Positions 19,196 through 29,100 of a stretch of 64,000 nucleotides of DNA are shown here, one piece after another (the first letter of the stretch is position 1; every line of letters starts with the position of its first letter). The DNA lies in the NCBI GenBank assembly GCA_011390335.1, contig JAABSO010000015.1:8972-72971 (forward strand). Direction: 5' to 3'. The notes under the pieces were generated by a model. The model was given only the letters and a program-made list of their open reading frames with translations. It was not told where the DNA came from and searched no databases. The position numbers were made by a program, and so were the translations under genes. This stretch comes from Desulfotignum sp. (GTDB lineage: Bacteria > Desulfobacterota > Desulfobacteria > Desulfobacterales > Desulfobacteraceae).

Positions 19196-19419
19196 TGGTT
19201 ACGTTTCCCCAAAGATGATTAAAAATTAACCGAAGTCATTTCAAATTGTGTCCAATTATTAACCATCTGGCATGATTTTGCAACCCTGCCTTGCTGAAGC
19301 CAGGGTAAATTCCTTCTTAATAAATAATAGTATAAAATCAGTTAATTATGACTAATATCGGATGACCCTGCAGTGATTTTATTTTTTTTAAAATTACGAA
19401 GAGCAAGAAAGAGGGGCTT

Positions 19420-19446
19420 CTTCGTGTGCTTCGTGCGCTTCGTGGT
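19420..19446. repeat. Nonamer tandem repeat CTTCGTGNN x3
   Basis: cttcgtgtg cttcgtgcg cttcgtggt directly upstream of the sigma-54 promoter. Confidence 0.85.
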
Positions 19447-19455
19447 AAAATAATC

Positions 19456-19471
19456 TGGCACGGTCATTGCA
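19456..19471 (+). promoter_or_regulatory. Sigma-54 promoter for the SHOCT-cyclase-TolC-CusBA operon
   Basis: TGGCACGGTCATTGCA, near-perfect -24/-12 consensus, divergent from the ZraSR-like genes. Confidence 0.88.
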
Positions 19472-19540
19472 AAATAATATCTTAGTTAAGAATGAATGAA
19501 ACCGTTTGAAATAACCCGATAAATATATCAGGAGAAAAAA

Positions 19541-19807
19541 ATGTGGGGCTGCAATACCATTGCTTCTGGCATGGGACACTGGATTTTCGGCGGCGGCATC
19601 ATCGGATTTGGTATTACAGTATTAATACTTGCCCTGATTGTCCTTGTTCTCATCCAATTATATAAATCCGGCAAAAAATCCACACCATGCGCAGATACAA
19701 TGGATTCTCTGAAAATTTTAAAAACACGGTTTGCCAAAGGGGAAATAACTGAACAGGAATACCTGAAAATGCGGGACATTCTCTGCATTAATGATACATC
19801 CAGATGA
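19541..19807 (+). CDS. SHOCT-domain membrane protein
   Basis: One TM then SLKILKTRFAKGEITEQEYLKMR; AGGAG RBS. Confidence 0.88.
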   Translation: MWGCNTIASGMGHWIFGGGIIGFGITVLILALIVLVLIQLYKSGKKSTPCADTMDSLKILKTRFAKGEITEQEYLKMRDILCINDTSR

Positions 19808-19819
19808 CGGCGGCTTGTT

Positions 19820-21556
19820 ATGGAAATCAAAAAAATACAAAAACACAGAACACTGCAGGGCAAACTCATTATCCTGTTGCTGTTTCCAGTGTTTTTAATT
19901 ATATTTTCCGGCGGGGCCTTAAGTTTTTTATATACCCGCACCGCCCTGATAAATCAATGGAATGAATCCGCGGTGTTGAAACTTCAGCGGGCCGCTCATT
20001 ACATTGAGATGCGGCTTTTAAAGCCGGTTGAATTAATTGAAACAATGTTCCAGGTTTCCCGTGAAAAACAGATATCTCTTTCCCTTGATGAGATTGCCGC
20101 ATATCTGGAAACCATAGAAGGTGTTCTGGCGGTTGATGTCAAAAAAGAGACCGGCATGCACGCGCCTGCAGCTCACAATTATAGTGCAATGATGGCGTTC
20201 GGGGGCATGACACAATTTCGGCACACCCGTATTCAGGACGTGTCCCAACCGGTATATGACACAGATGCCGGGCATAACGCCGTCATTATGGCAGTAACAT
20301 TGGTTGATTCAGCAGGCAGCGACAATGGCCGCATAGAAATCAAGATGAGCTTCAACTATCTGCTCAAAGATATTATTCGACTGGGGTGGTGGCAGAGCGA
20401 TATGGCCTGCATTGTGGATGAAGCCGGCAAATACATGGCCCATACCAATATGACCATGAAAGGCCGACATTACCTGGGCGGAGAAAATGATCCCCTGGAA
20501 CAGGCGATTTTACAGGAAATGAAAACCGCTGTGTCCGGTACTGTGCAGTCCCCCGGCTATCCTCCGGATATGGTGGCCGGGTTTTATAAGCTGGAACAGG
20601 TCCCCTGGACCATTATCCTTTTTGCAAAGGGAAAAAAAATATTACAACCCATTACCAACTACCGAAATGCCTTTGTTTTAGGCAGCGGGATATTGATTTT
20701 TCTTATCCTGCTGCTCATCAGGCAGCATGTGGGTAAAATTGTTCATCAAATAAAAACCCTGTCAAAAAATGCCCGGAAAATTGCCAGAGGGGAATATGGA
20801 GAACCTGTCAAGGCAAACAGCAATGATGAGATCGGACAGTTGGTGGAAATATATAATGACATGGTGACCGGGCTGAAAGAACGTGATTTTATCAGAGATT
20901 CCTTTGGCCGGTATGTGGATCCGGAATTTGCCAAACTTCTGCTGCAGCATCCGGATGCCGGTAAACTGGGTGGACAGCGGCGGGAAGTCGTTTTAATGAT
21001 GTCGGATATCAGGGGATTCACACCGCTTTCAGAAACATTGAGTCCTGAAATAATCATCCGGATTCTGAATCAGTATTTTTCCCACATGATAAAAATCATC
21101 CAGGACCACGACGGTATTATCGTCGATTTTTTCGGCGACTCCATCCTGGTGTTTTTTGATCCCATCACAGGGGCGATAGAAGACAAGATTTTTTGTGCCA
21201 TTCAATGCGCATCCCGGATGCAGTCTGAAATGGCGGCATTCAATGAAAAAATGCGCCTCCAGCAGATGCCCGGGCTGGACATGGGCATCGGCATCAACTC
21301 AGGACAGGTGGTGGTCGGAAATATCGGGTCAGAGACCCGGAGCAAATACGGGGTTGTGGGGTCTGCCGTGAATATCACCAGCCGGATTCAGGCCAAGGCA
21401 CAAAAAAAAGAGATCCTTATCTCTGAATCGGTTTATGCGTATGTCAGGGACCAGGTCGACATCACTAAAAAATTTACTGCAAAGTTGAAAGGTGTGGAAG
21501 GATTAACAACACTTCGTGCAATAGACACTATTTATGCGTTAGGGAAAAGACCATGA
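19820..21556 (+). CDS. Membrane class III nucleotidyl cyclase, paralog B
   Basis: Same architecture as 10341 gene; MSDIRGFT, IVDFFGDSI, KYGVVGSAVNITSRI; stop overlaps TolC start (ATGA). Confidence 0.92.
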   Translation: MEIKKIQKHRTLQGKLIILLLFPVFLIIFSGGALSFLYTRTALINQWNESAVLKLQRAAHYIEMRLLKPVELIETMFQVSREKQISLSLDEIAAYLETIEGVLAVDVKKETGMHAPAAHNYSAMMAFGGMTQFRHTRIQDVSQPVYDTDAGHNAVIMAVTLVDSAGSDNGRIEIKMSFNYLLKDIIRLGWWQSDMACIVDEAGKYMAHTNMTMKGRHYLGGENDPLEQAILQEMKTAVSGTVQSPGYPPDMVAGFYKLEQVPWTIILFAKGKKILQPITNYRNAFVLGSGILIFLILLLIRQHVGKIVHQIKTLSKNARKIARGEYGEPVKANSNDEIGQLVEIYNDMVTGLKERDFIRDSFGRYVDPEFAKLLLQHPDAGKLGGQRREVVLMMSDIRGFTPLSETLSPEIIIRILNQYFSHMIKIIQDHDGIIVDFFGDSILVFFDPITGAIEDKIFCAIQCASRMQSEMAAFNEKMRLQQMPGLDMGIGINSGQVVVGNIGSETRSKYGVVGSAVNITSRIQAKAQKKEILISESVYAYVRDQVDITKKFTAKLKGVEGLTTLRAIDTIYALGKRP

Positions 21557-22899
21557 AACTTTTTTTTATCCGATCGGTTTTTCTGTGTTTGGGTATCCTG
21601 GTGTTGTGTCAGAACAACGCCCGGGCAACAGAACAAGAAGATCTGACAAAACTGGCATCCAGCCTGTCAACAACCATAAGATTGTCAGATCTGCTTACCT
21701 ATGCCTATTTGTCCAGTCCGGCCATCACTGCGTCCAAAAAATCCTGGCAGGCGTTTATTGAAAATTACAGGGTGGGCAAAAGCTATCCAGATCCCCAGCT
21801 GGCCGCCACCTATTTCCCCCGGCCCATTGAAACCCGGCTTGGCCCCCAGGACTGGAGTCTGACCCTGTCCCAGGTGATTCCTTTTCCGGGCACCCTGTCC
21901 CAAAAGGCCAGGGTGCTGGAAGCAGAGGTCACAATCTCCAGGCTCAAGGTGGATAAAACCGTTAAAGCTATTGTCACGGAGGTGTCCTCTTCATTTTACG
22001 AACTGGTGTATATCCAGAAAGCAATTGATGTGGCCCGGGCCAACCTGGACTTGAATCAGCAGATGCTGCAGATCAGCGAAAACGCCTATGCAGATGACAA
22101 AGCCCTGTTTTACGATGTATCCAAAGCCCGTTCCCAGACCGCCCAGATACAATATGATATCCTGCTGCTTCAGGAGCTGGAAAAAACAGAAAAAACAAAG
22201 CTCAACACCCTTTTGAACCGATCCCCGGCTGCAGCACTGGGAAATGCGACCGGCAGCCTGCCCCGGAAGGTGGTGTATTCTCTGGATGAAATTTATGAAC
22301 TTGCCATGCTGCACCAGGAAGATATCCTCATGGCAGAGGAAAACGTGCACAAATCGGAACAGGCCATGCAGCTGACACGGCTTGAAACCCTGCCCTCATT
22401 CAAACTGGGCCTGTTTTATGCCGGCATTGGTGATCCGGATGTGCCAAATCCGCCGCCAGATGCCGGTGACGATGCTGTGGGGGTGCAGTTCGGCATGAAC
22501 ATTCCCTTGTGGTCTGGAAAAAATAAAAGCCGGACCGCACAGGCTTTGGCAGAAAAACAAAAAGCACAGGCAGAGAAAACCGACATTGCCAACAAAGTCA
22601 AAGCCGGGATCAGCCGCCTGTGGTTCAAGCTGGAAAATGCCGAACGGCTGATAACCCTGTATGAAAAAGACCTGCTTCCCCAGGCGGTCTCTTCTGTACA
22701 GACTGCAGAGACCTGGTTCAAACAGGGCCAGGGCAGTTTTGCCGATTTTCTGGAAATCCAGGCAACCGCCTACAATTTTCAATTGTCTCTTACGCGGGCC
22801 AAAGCAGATTATGCCAAGACCCTGGTGCTGCTTGAGCAGGCAGCCGGTGCTGTCCTGGATGCGAAAACCGGGCAGAATACAGGAGAAAAAAAGCCATGA
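21553..22899 (+). CDS. TolC-family outer membrane factor (heavy-metal efflux type) 1
   Basis: Signal peptide, YPDPQL..., LSQVIPFPG.L, MNIPLW, helical repeats. Confidence 0.88.
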   Translation: MKLFFIRSVFLCLGILVLCQNNARATEQEDLTKLASSLSTTIRLSDLLTYAYLSSPAITASKKSWQAFIENYRVGKSYPDPQLAATYFPRPIETRLGPQDWSLTLSQVIPFPGTLSQKARVLEAEVTISRLKVDKTVKAIVTEVSSSFYELVYIQKAIDVARANLDLNQQMLQISENAYADDKALFYDVSKARSQTAQIQYDILLLQELEKTEKTKLNTLLNRSPAAALGNATGSLPRKVVYSLDEIYELAMLHQEDILMAEENVHKSEQAMQLTRLETLPSFKLGLFYAGIGDPDVPNPPPDAGDDAVGVQFGMNIPLWSGKNKSRTAQALAEKQKAQAEKTDIANKVKAGISRLWFKLENAERLITLYEKDLLPQAVSSVQTAETWFKQGQGSFADFLEIQATAYNFQLSLTRAKADYAKTLVLLEQAAGAVLDAKTGQNTGEKKP

Positions 22900-24452
22900 A
22901 AATAAAGATTTTTACCCTGACAATACCGGTGCTTTTCTTTGCTTCTGTCTGCTTTGCAGATTATGGCGCCATGAAAAAAGAACTGAAAGACTATACCCCC
23001 CAAGACAGTTTTGCCATTAGACAATCACCTGATATCGCCGTGCAGAAAACACCTTTCCATACGGCTGTTCCTTTTCCTGCCGGATCACAGATTCCTGACA
23101 GATCACAGATACACAATCTGAAGCAGGGGTATGAAAAACAGATATATGGGCCCAATGGCGATGCCGCAGCAATGGGGGTGGATGAAAAAATCCTTGCACA
23201 GGTATCTCAAACAGGCGATGACCCAAAAGCATTTGCAGCGCTCCTTGCGCAGAAGATCGATCTGAAAGAGATAAAAGCCATTGCCGTTCTGCGAAATACA
23301 GATATCAAGGCGGCTCAAAAAAAGGTTCTGGCAGAGATCCAGTCCTTTGACCAGGTCACGCACTTGGATGACAGCCTGCAGCAGTATGCGGCATTCACCG
23401 CTGCCCTCAACAACCGGGTCGGGCCTTTGAAAACAAAGGATTCCATCAGGGCAGGATATCCATTTCCCGGCCTTGTTGCCCTCAAGGGCCGCGTCATCCA
23501 AAGCCAGGTGGACATGCTGGTGGAGCAGATGAAAATTGTCGGCAAACAGGTGCGCCAGGATGTTGAAAATGCCTATTGGGAGCTTGTGTATACCACCCGG
23601 TCCATCTGGATCATCCATGAGACCACAGCAGCGTTCGACCGCCTTCTGGATGTGGCCGCATCCCTGTATAAAAGCGGCAGAACCAGTTACCAGGATGTGA
23701 TCAAGGTAACCATAAAAATAGAAGAACTTAACGAAGAGCTGATCACCCTGGAAAATAAAGCAGACAATGGTAAAATCCGGCTGCTTGAACTGATGAACCT
23801 TCCGGCAGATACACGTATGGGTCCGGTGAAAACAGCGTCTCTGCCCAAAACAATTCCCGTGCCTGAAAAATTGTTTACCATTGCCAGGGACCATCGCCAG
23901 GAACTGGCTGCCATCCGGTTTCAGATCAGCAAACTGCAGTCCATGGTGGAGATGGCTGAATCCATGAAGCAATCTTCGTTTACCCTGGGATTGTCCTATT
24001 TTGAAGCCGACCATGTCAATACAGCCGGCACAGATGCCCCGCAGCAGGCATTTGCCGAAAAAACCATGGCATCCATGAAAAACAACCAGCCGGTGAAACC
24101 CTGGTATGGCGTGGACAGCCCCTGGTTACAGCAGACAAGGCAGACACTGGCAGGTCTTGAACATACCCTGGTTGCAAGAGAGAATGCCACAGACCGCATG
24201 GTGTACAATGCCTGGTTCAAAACAGACAAAAACCTGCGGGAGCTGGACCTGTACAAAAACAGGATACTGCCTCTGACAAAGTCTGCCATGGATGTGTCCA
24301 CCAGGGAATATGAGACCGGGTCCATTCCCTTTTCCCAGGCCATCGGGTCCTATACAGACTGGCTGAACGTGAAACTGACCATTGCGCAAAAGACAAAAGA
24401 CCTGGGTATCTCTTTTGCCGCCCTTGAAACGGTTGTAGGTACAAACTTATAA
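22896..24452 (+). CDS. TolC-family outer membrane factor 2 with N-terminal extension
   Basis: Signal peptide, YPFPGLVALKG, AYWELVY, YKSGRTSYQDV, YETGSIPF. Confidence 0.8.
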   Translation: MKIKIFTLTIPVLFFASVCFADYGAMKKELKDYTPQDSFAIRQSPDIAVQKTPFHTAVPFPAGSQIPDRSQIHNLKQGYEKQIYGPNGDAAAMGVDEKILAQVSQTGDDPKAFAALLAQKIDLKEIKAIAVLRNTDIKAAQKKVLAEIQSFDQVTHLDDSLQQYAAFTAALNNRVGPLKTKDSIRAGYPFPGLVALKGRVIQSQVDMLVEQMKIVGKQVRQDVENAYWELVYTTRSIWIIHETTAAFDRLLDVAASLYKSGRTSYQDVIKVTIKIEELNEELITLENKADNGKIRLLELMNLPADTRMGPVKTASLPKTIPVPEKLFTIARDHRQELAAIRFQISKLQSMVEMAESMKQSSFTLGLSYFEADHVNTAGTDAPQQAFAEKTMASMKNNQPVKPWYGVDSPWLQQTRQTLAGLEHTLVARENATDRMVYNAWFKTDKNLRELDLYKNRILPLTKSAMDVSTREYETGSIPFSQAIGSYTDWLNVKLTIAQKTKDLGISFAALETVVGTNL

Positions 24453-24476
24453 ATACACAACATTACAAGCCCGGCT

Positions 24477-24514
24477 GGACAACGCAAGCATATAGCAGGA
24501 CAACGCAAGCGTAT
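24477..24514. repeat. Direct repeat with 21-bp period in the TolC-CusB intergenic gap
   Basis: ggacaacgcaagcatata / ggacaacgcaagcgtata. Confidence 0.75.
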
Positions 24515-24555
24515 AAAAGTTGCTTAATGGAAAATACAGGGAGAAACGATTTATC

Positions 24556-26112
24556 ATGAATATCAAATCAACCCTGCTGGTTATTATTTTGACGGCACTG
24601 ATAACAGGCACAGCGGTATTTTTTATAATAACCACCATTGGACCAACATCCTCTGAGAGTAGTAAAGCCCCGTCTGAACAAAATGGCGATGCTGCATCAA
24701 AAGAGCGGAAGATCATCTACTGGAAGGCCCCCATGGACCCCACCGAGATCTATGACGAGCCGGGTAAAAGCAAGATGGGCATGGACCTTGTGCCGGTATA
24801 TGAAGATGAGGTTTCCGAAGATGAGACGTCCAAAGACACAACAGACCGGAAAATCTTATACTGGAAAGCGCCCATGGATCCCACAGAAATCTATGATGAA
24901 CCGGGCAAAAGCAAGATGGGCATGGATCTTGTGCCGGTGTATGAAGATGAGGTAAAGGGCGGGGTGGATATTAAAATAAATCCGGTGGTGGAACAGAACA
25001 TGGGCCTTAAAATCAAACCTGTTGAACAGGGCCCTTTGAACCATATCATCAGAACCTATGGCCATGTGACCTTTGATGAAACCAGGACCGGTATTGTCAG
25101 CCCCAAAACCGCAGGGTGGGTTGAAACCCTTTATGCCGACTATACCGGGTTTGTTATTGAAAAGGGCGATCCCCTTTTTGCCATGTATTCTCCGTCCCTG
25201 CTGGCATCCCAGGAAGAATATCTGTCTGCCTATAAAAATTTTCAGGCACGCAAAACCCCCTTGAACAAGGACCTGCTGGAATCAGCCAAAAAAAGACTGG
25301 CATACTATGACATTGCAGACCAGGACATCGCTTTTCTGGAACAGACCGGGCAGGTCCGTAAAACCCTGGTCATCCGGTCCCGGTTTAAAGGGGTGGTGAC
25401 CCATAAAAACGTGATTGAAGGGGCATATGTCAAAGCCGGGGAGAGCCTGTTCACCATTGCGGATCTGTCCACGGTGTGGGTGGAAGCCCATATCTTTGAA
25501 TATGAGCAAAACCTGGTATATGAAGGGCAGACCGTTGAAATGACCCTGTCCTACAACCCGGACAAGGTGTACACGGGAAAAATTGCCTATATTTTTCCCT
25601 ATCTGCAGCCCAAAACCCGGGATGTGGTCATCAGGGTCATCTTTGACAATACAGCGGGTGACCTGAAGCCGGACATGTTTGCAAATATAAAAATCAATAC
25701 CAGCGGGGATGCAGCCGGGCTGATTATTCCCTCCGAGGCGGTGATCCACTCCGGGGAAAAACAGCTGGTGTTTGTGGCCAATGGCAATGGCCGGTTCACC
25801 CCCCGAAAGATCACCACCGGTGTCCATCTGGAAGAGGGAAGGGTCCAGGTGCTGACCGGCCTGGGTGCAGGAGAGGATGTCGTGGTGTCCGGCCAGTTCC
25901 TGCTGGATTCTGAATCCCGGCTCAAAGAGGCGATCCAGAAGATGATCGCATCCAAATCCGGCACTGCAAAAGAAAAAAAGGAACCATCCCAAAATGAAGG
26001 GGACAGTTTTTTTGAAGAGATGGAAGATGGCCCAGAATCCGGGGATGATTTTTTCCAGGACATGGAAGATGACACAGAGTCCGGGGATGACTTTTTCCAG
26101 GATATGGAATAA
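24556..26112 (+). CDS. cusB: CusB-like RND periplasmic adaptor with two heavy-metal-binding repeats and acidic tail
   Basis: YWKAPMDPTEIYDEPGKSKMGMDLVPVYEDE twice; YSPSLLASQEEYL; IADLSTVWVEA; LKPDMFA; SGQFLLDSESRL. Confidence 0.88.
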   Translation: MNIKSTLLVIILTALITGTAVFFIITTIGPTSSESSKAPSEQNGDAASKERKIIYWKAPMDPTEIYDEPGKSKMGMDLVPVYEDEVSEDETSKDTTDRKILYWKAPMDPTEIYDEPGKSKMGMDLVPVYEDEVKGGVDIKINPVVEQNMGLKIKPVEQGPLNHIIRTYGHVTFDETRTGIVSPKTAGWVETLYADYTGFVIEKGDPLFAMYSPSLLASQEEYLSAYKNFQARKTPLNKDLLESAKKRLAYYDIADQDIAFLEQTGQVRKTLVIRSRFKGVVTHKNVIEGAYVKAGESLFTIADLSTVWVEAHIFEYEQNLVYEGQTVEMTLSYNPDKVYTGKIAYIFPYLQPKTRDVVIRVIFDNTAGDLKPDMFANIKINTSGDAAGLIIPSEAVIHSGEKQLVFVANGNGRFTPRKITTGVHLEEGRVQVLTGLGAGEDVVVSGQFLLDSESRLKEAIQKMIASKSGTAKEKKEPSQNEGDSFFEEMEDGPESGDDFFQDMEDDTESGDDFFQDME

Positions 26113-26130
26113 CAGACAGGGGATGCTGCG

Positions 26131-29100
26131 ATGATAGACAAGATAATTGAATGGTCTGTACACAACAAATTCATGGTCGTCCTGGCAACTTTTTTTGTCA
26201 TTGCCGGGGGTATTCTGGCCATGGTCAACACGCCTCTGGATGCCATCCCTGATCTGTCCGACGTGCAGGTCATCATCTATACGGAATATCCGGGCCAGGC
26301 CCCCCAGGTGGTGGAGGACCAGATCACCTATCCCTTGACAACCGCCATGCTCAGTGTGCCTTTTGCCAAGGTGGTCAGGGGGTATTCTTTTTTCGGGTAC
26401 TCCTTTGTCTACCTGATATTTGAAGACGGCACCGATATCTACTGGGCCAGATCCCGGGTCATGGAGTACTTAAATTTTGTGTCCGGCCGCCTGCCTGCCG
26501 GGGTGACCCCCAGTCTCGGGCCGGATGCCACAGGAGTGGGCTGGGTGTATCAATACATCCTCCAGGATACCACGGGTGAAACCGACCTTGCCGAACTCAG
26601 GTCGCTCCAGGACTGGTTTGTGCGCTATGAGCTCACCGCGGTTCCCGGTGTCTCGGAAGTGGCCAGCATCGGCGGATTTGTCAAGCAGTACCAGGTGGAA
26701 GTGGACCCCAACAAACTGGCATCGTATGGTATCTCCATCCGGAAAATCAAAAATGCCATCCAGCAGTCCAATGCAGATGTGGGGGGCAAGCTCATTGAGA
26801 TGGGAGAAACCGAATTCATGGTCCGGGGCCTGGGGTATATCTCCTCTGTGGAAGACATTGCGCAGATTGTTGTGTCCTTTGATGACAAAGGCACCCCGAT
26901 TCTGCTGGGGGATATTGCCAATATCCAGATCGGTCCGGAATTGCGCCGGGGCATTCTGGAATGGAACGGGGAAGGGGAGACCGTGGGCGGCATCGTGGTC
27001 ATGCGGTACGGGGAAAACGCCCTGGAGGTGATCAAGCGGGTAAAAGAAAAACTTAGGGATCTGGAAAAAGGGCTGCCCGAGGGGGTGGAGATCCTCACGG
27101 GGTATGACCGGTCCGCTTTGATTGAACGGGCTGTGGATACCCTTAAAACCAAACTCACCGAGGAGATGATCGTGGTGGCCCTGGTGTGCATCATTTTTCT
27201 GTTGCATTTCAGGTCGGCATTTGTGGCCATCTTTACCCTGCCTGTGGGTATCTTGATGTCATTTATGATCATGTATCCGTTCAATGTCAATGCCAACATC
27301 ATGAGCCTGGGGGGTATTGCCATTGCCATCGGCGTGATGGTGGATGCCTCCATCGTGATGGTGGAAAACGCCCACAAGCACCTGGAGCGGGACCGGGGTA
27401 AAAAAAGCCATACCCAGATCATTATTGATGCCTCAAAGGAGGTGGGACCGGCTCTGTTTTTCAGTCTGTTGATCATCACGGTGTCGTTTTTGCCGGTATT
27501 CTCCCTCATGGAGCAGTCCGGCCGGCTTTTCAAACCCTTGGCCTACACCAAGACCACAGCCATGGCAGCCTCTTCTGTTCTGGCCATCACCATCATCCCG
27601 GTGCTCATGATATTTTTTGTCAGGGAACACCCCATTGATCCGGCCCTGCCAAAAAAAGCAAAGGCAAAAATCTGGGTTCCGGCCCTGGCAGGACCGCCCC
27701 TGGCGGTTGTCTGTGCCGGCCTTGCAGGCCTGCCCCTGCCGGATATCAGCCTGGTACTGGCCCTGGGACTTTCCGTGTTTTTTGGCATCTGCCTGTTTCC
27801 CCAGAAAATAATTGCCGAAAAAAACAATCCCCTGAACCGGTTTCTGATCTGGATCTATCTGCCTGCGATCAAATGGGTGTTGCAATGGCGTAAAATAACC
27901 ATACTGGTTGCAGTGGCCGCCATTGCAATTACCTGGTACCCCATGACCCGGGTGGGCAGCGAATTCATGCCGCCTTTGAATGAAGGGGATCTTTTGTACA
28001 TGCCTACCACGTTGCCCGGTATTTCCATCACCAAGGCCAAAGAGCTTCTCCAGCAGACAGACAAGATCATTCAGAGGTTTCCGGAAGTCAAAACCACCCT
28101 GGGAAAGGTCGGCCGGGCGGAAACATCAACCGATCCGGCACCCTTGTCCATGATCGAAACCGTGATCATGCTCAGGCCGGAAATTACCTATGAAATGGTT
28201 GATACCCCGCGGTTTTTTTCTGCATGGCCGGCCTGGCTGAAAAAACCGCTGACCTGGATCTGGCCGGAACAGGTCAAGGGAGAAATTTTACATGAATGGC
28301 GCAAAAAGCAGATCGACCGGTTCTACGCCGGCTGGCCGGGCTGGCTTGCTGCCCCGTTTGAATGGATACTGCCTGAAGAGCGCTATATCACCATGCAGGA
28401 ACTGATCGATGATCTGGATGCAGCGGTGAAGTTCCCGGGGGTGACCAATGCCTGGACCATGCCCATCAAGACCCGCATCGACATGCTGTCCACCGGCATA
28501 AAAACCCCGGTGGGAATAAAGGTCCTGGGGCCGGACCTGGAAACCCTGGCCGATCTCGGAGAACAGATCGAAAGCCTGCTCAGGGACAAAAAAGGGACCT
28601 TGTCCGTGTTTTCTGAGCGCGTGACCGGCGGCAATTACCTGGATTTTACCATTAACAGACAGGAAATCGCCAGGTACGGGTTAACGGTGCAGGATGTCCA
28701 GGACATTATCAAGACCGCCATCGGCGGGATGAACGTGACCTATACCGTGGAGGGCCTGGAACGGTATCCTGTCAATCTGCGGTATAACCGGGAGTTCCGG
28801 GACAACCTCCACATGATACGCCGGGTGTTTGTGCCCACCCCGTCCGGCGCCAAGGTGCCGTTGACCCAGCTGGCTGATATTGCCGTAAAAAAAGGCCCGG
28901 CCGGCATAAAGAGTGAAAACTCCAAAAGAAGTGCCTGGGTGTTCGTGGATATCAAAGGAATGGATCTGGGCACCTATGTCAAACAGGCCCGGCAGCTGGT
29001 GGATGAAAACATCGATCTGCCGTCAGGGTATTCCCTTGTCTGGTCCGGCCAGTATGAATATATGGAAAAGGCGAAAAAAACCTTGCAGCTCATTATTCCA

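Noticed and set aside
19268-19282. TGGCATGATTTTGCA as a sigma-54 promoter
   Set aside because: GG-to-GC spacing is 9 nt rather than the required 10
10341-21556. Cyclases as Pycsar/CBASS anti-phage enzymes
   Set aside because: They have a TM-sensor-HAMP architecture, and no adjacent cNMP-gated TIR or TM effector is present
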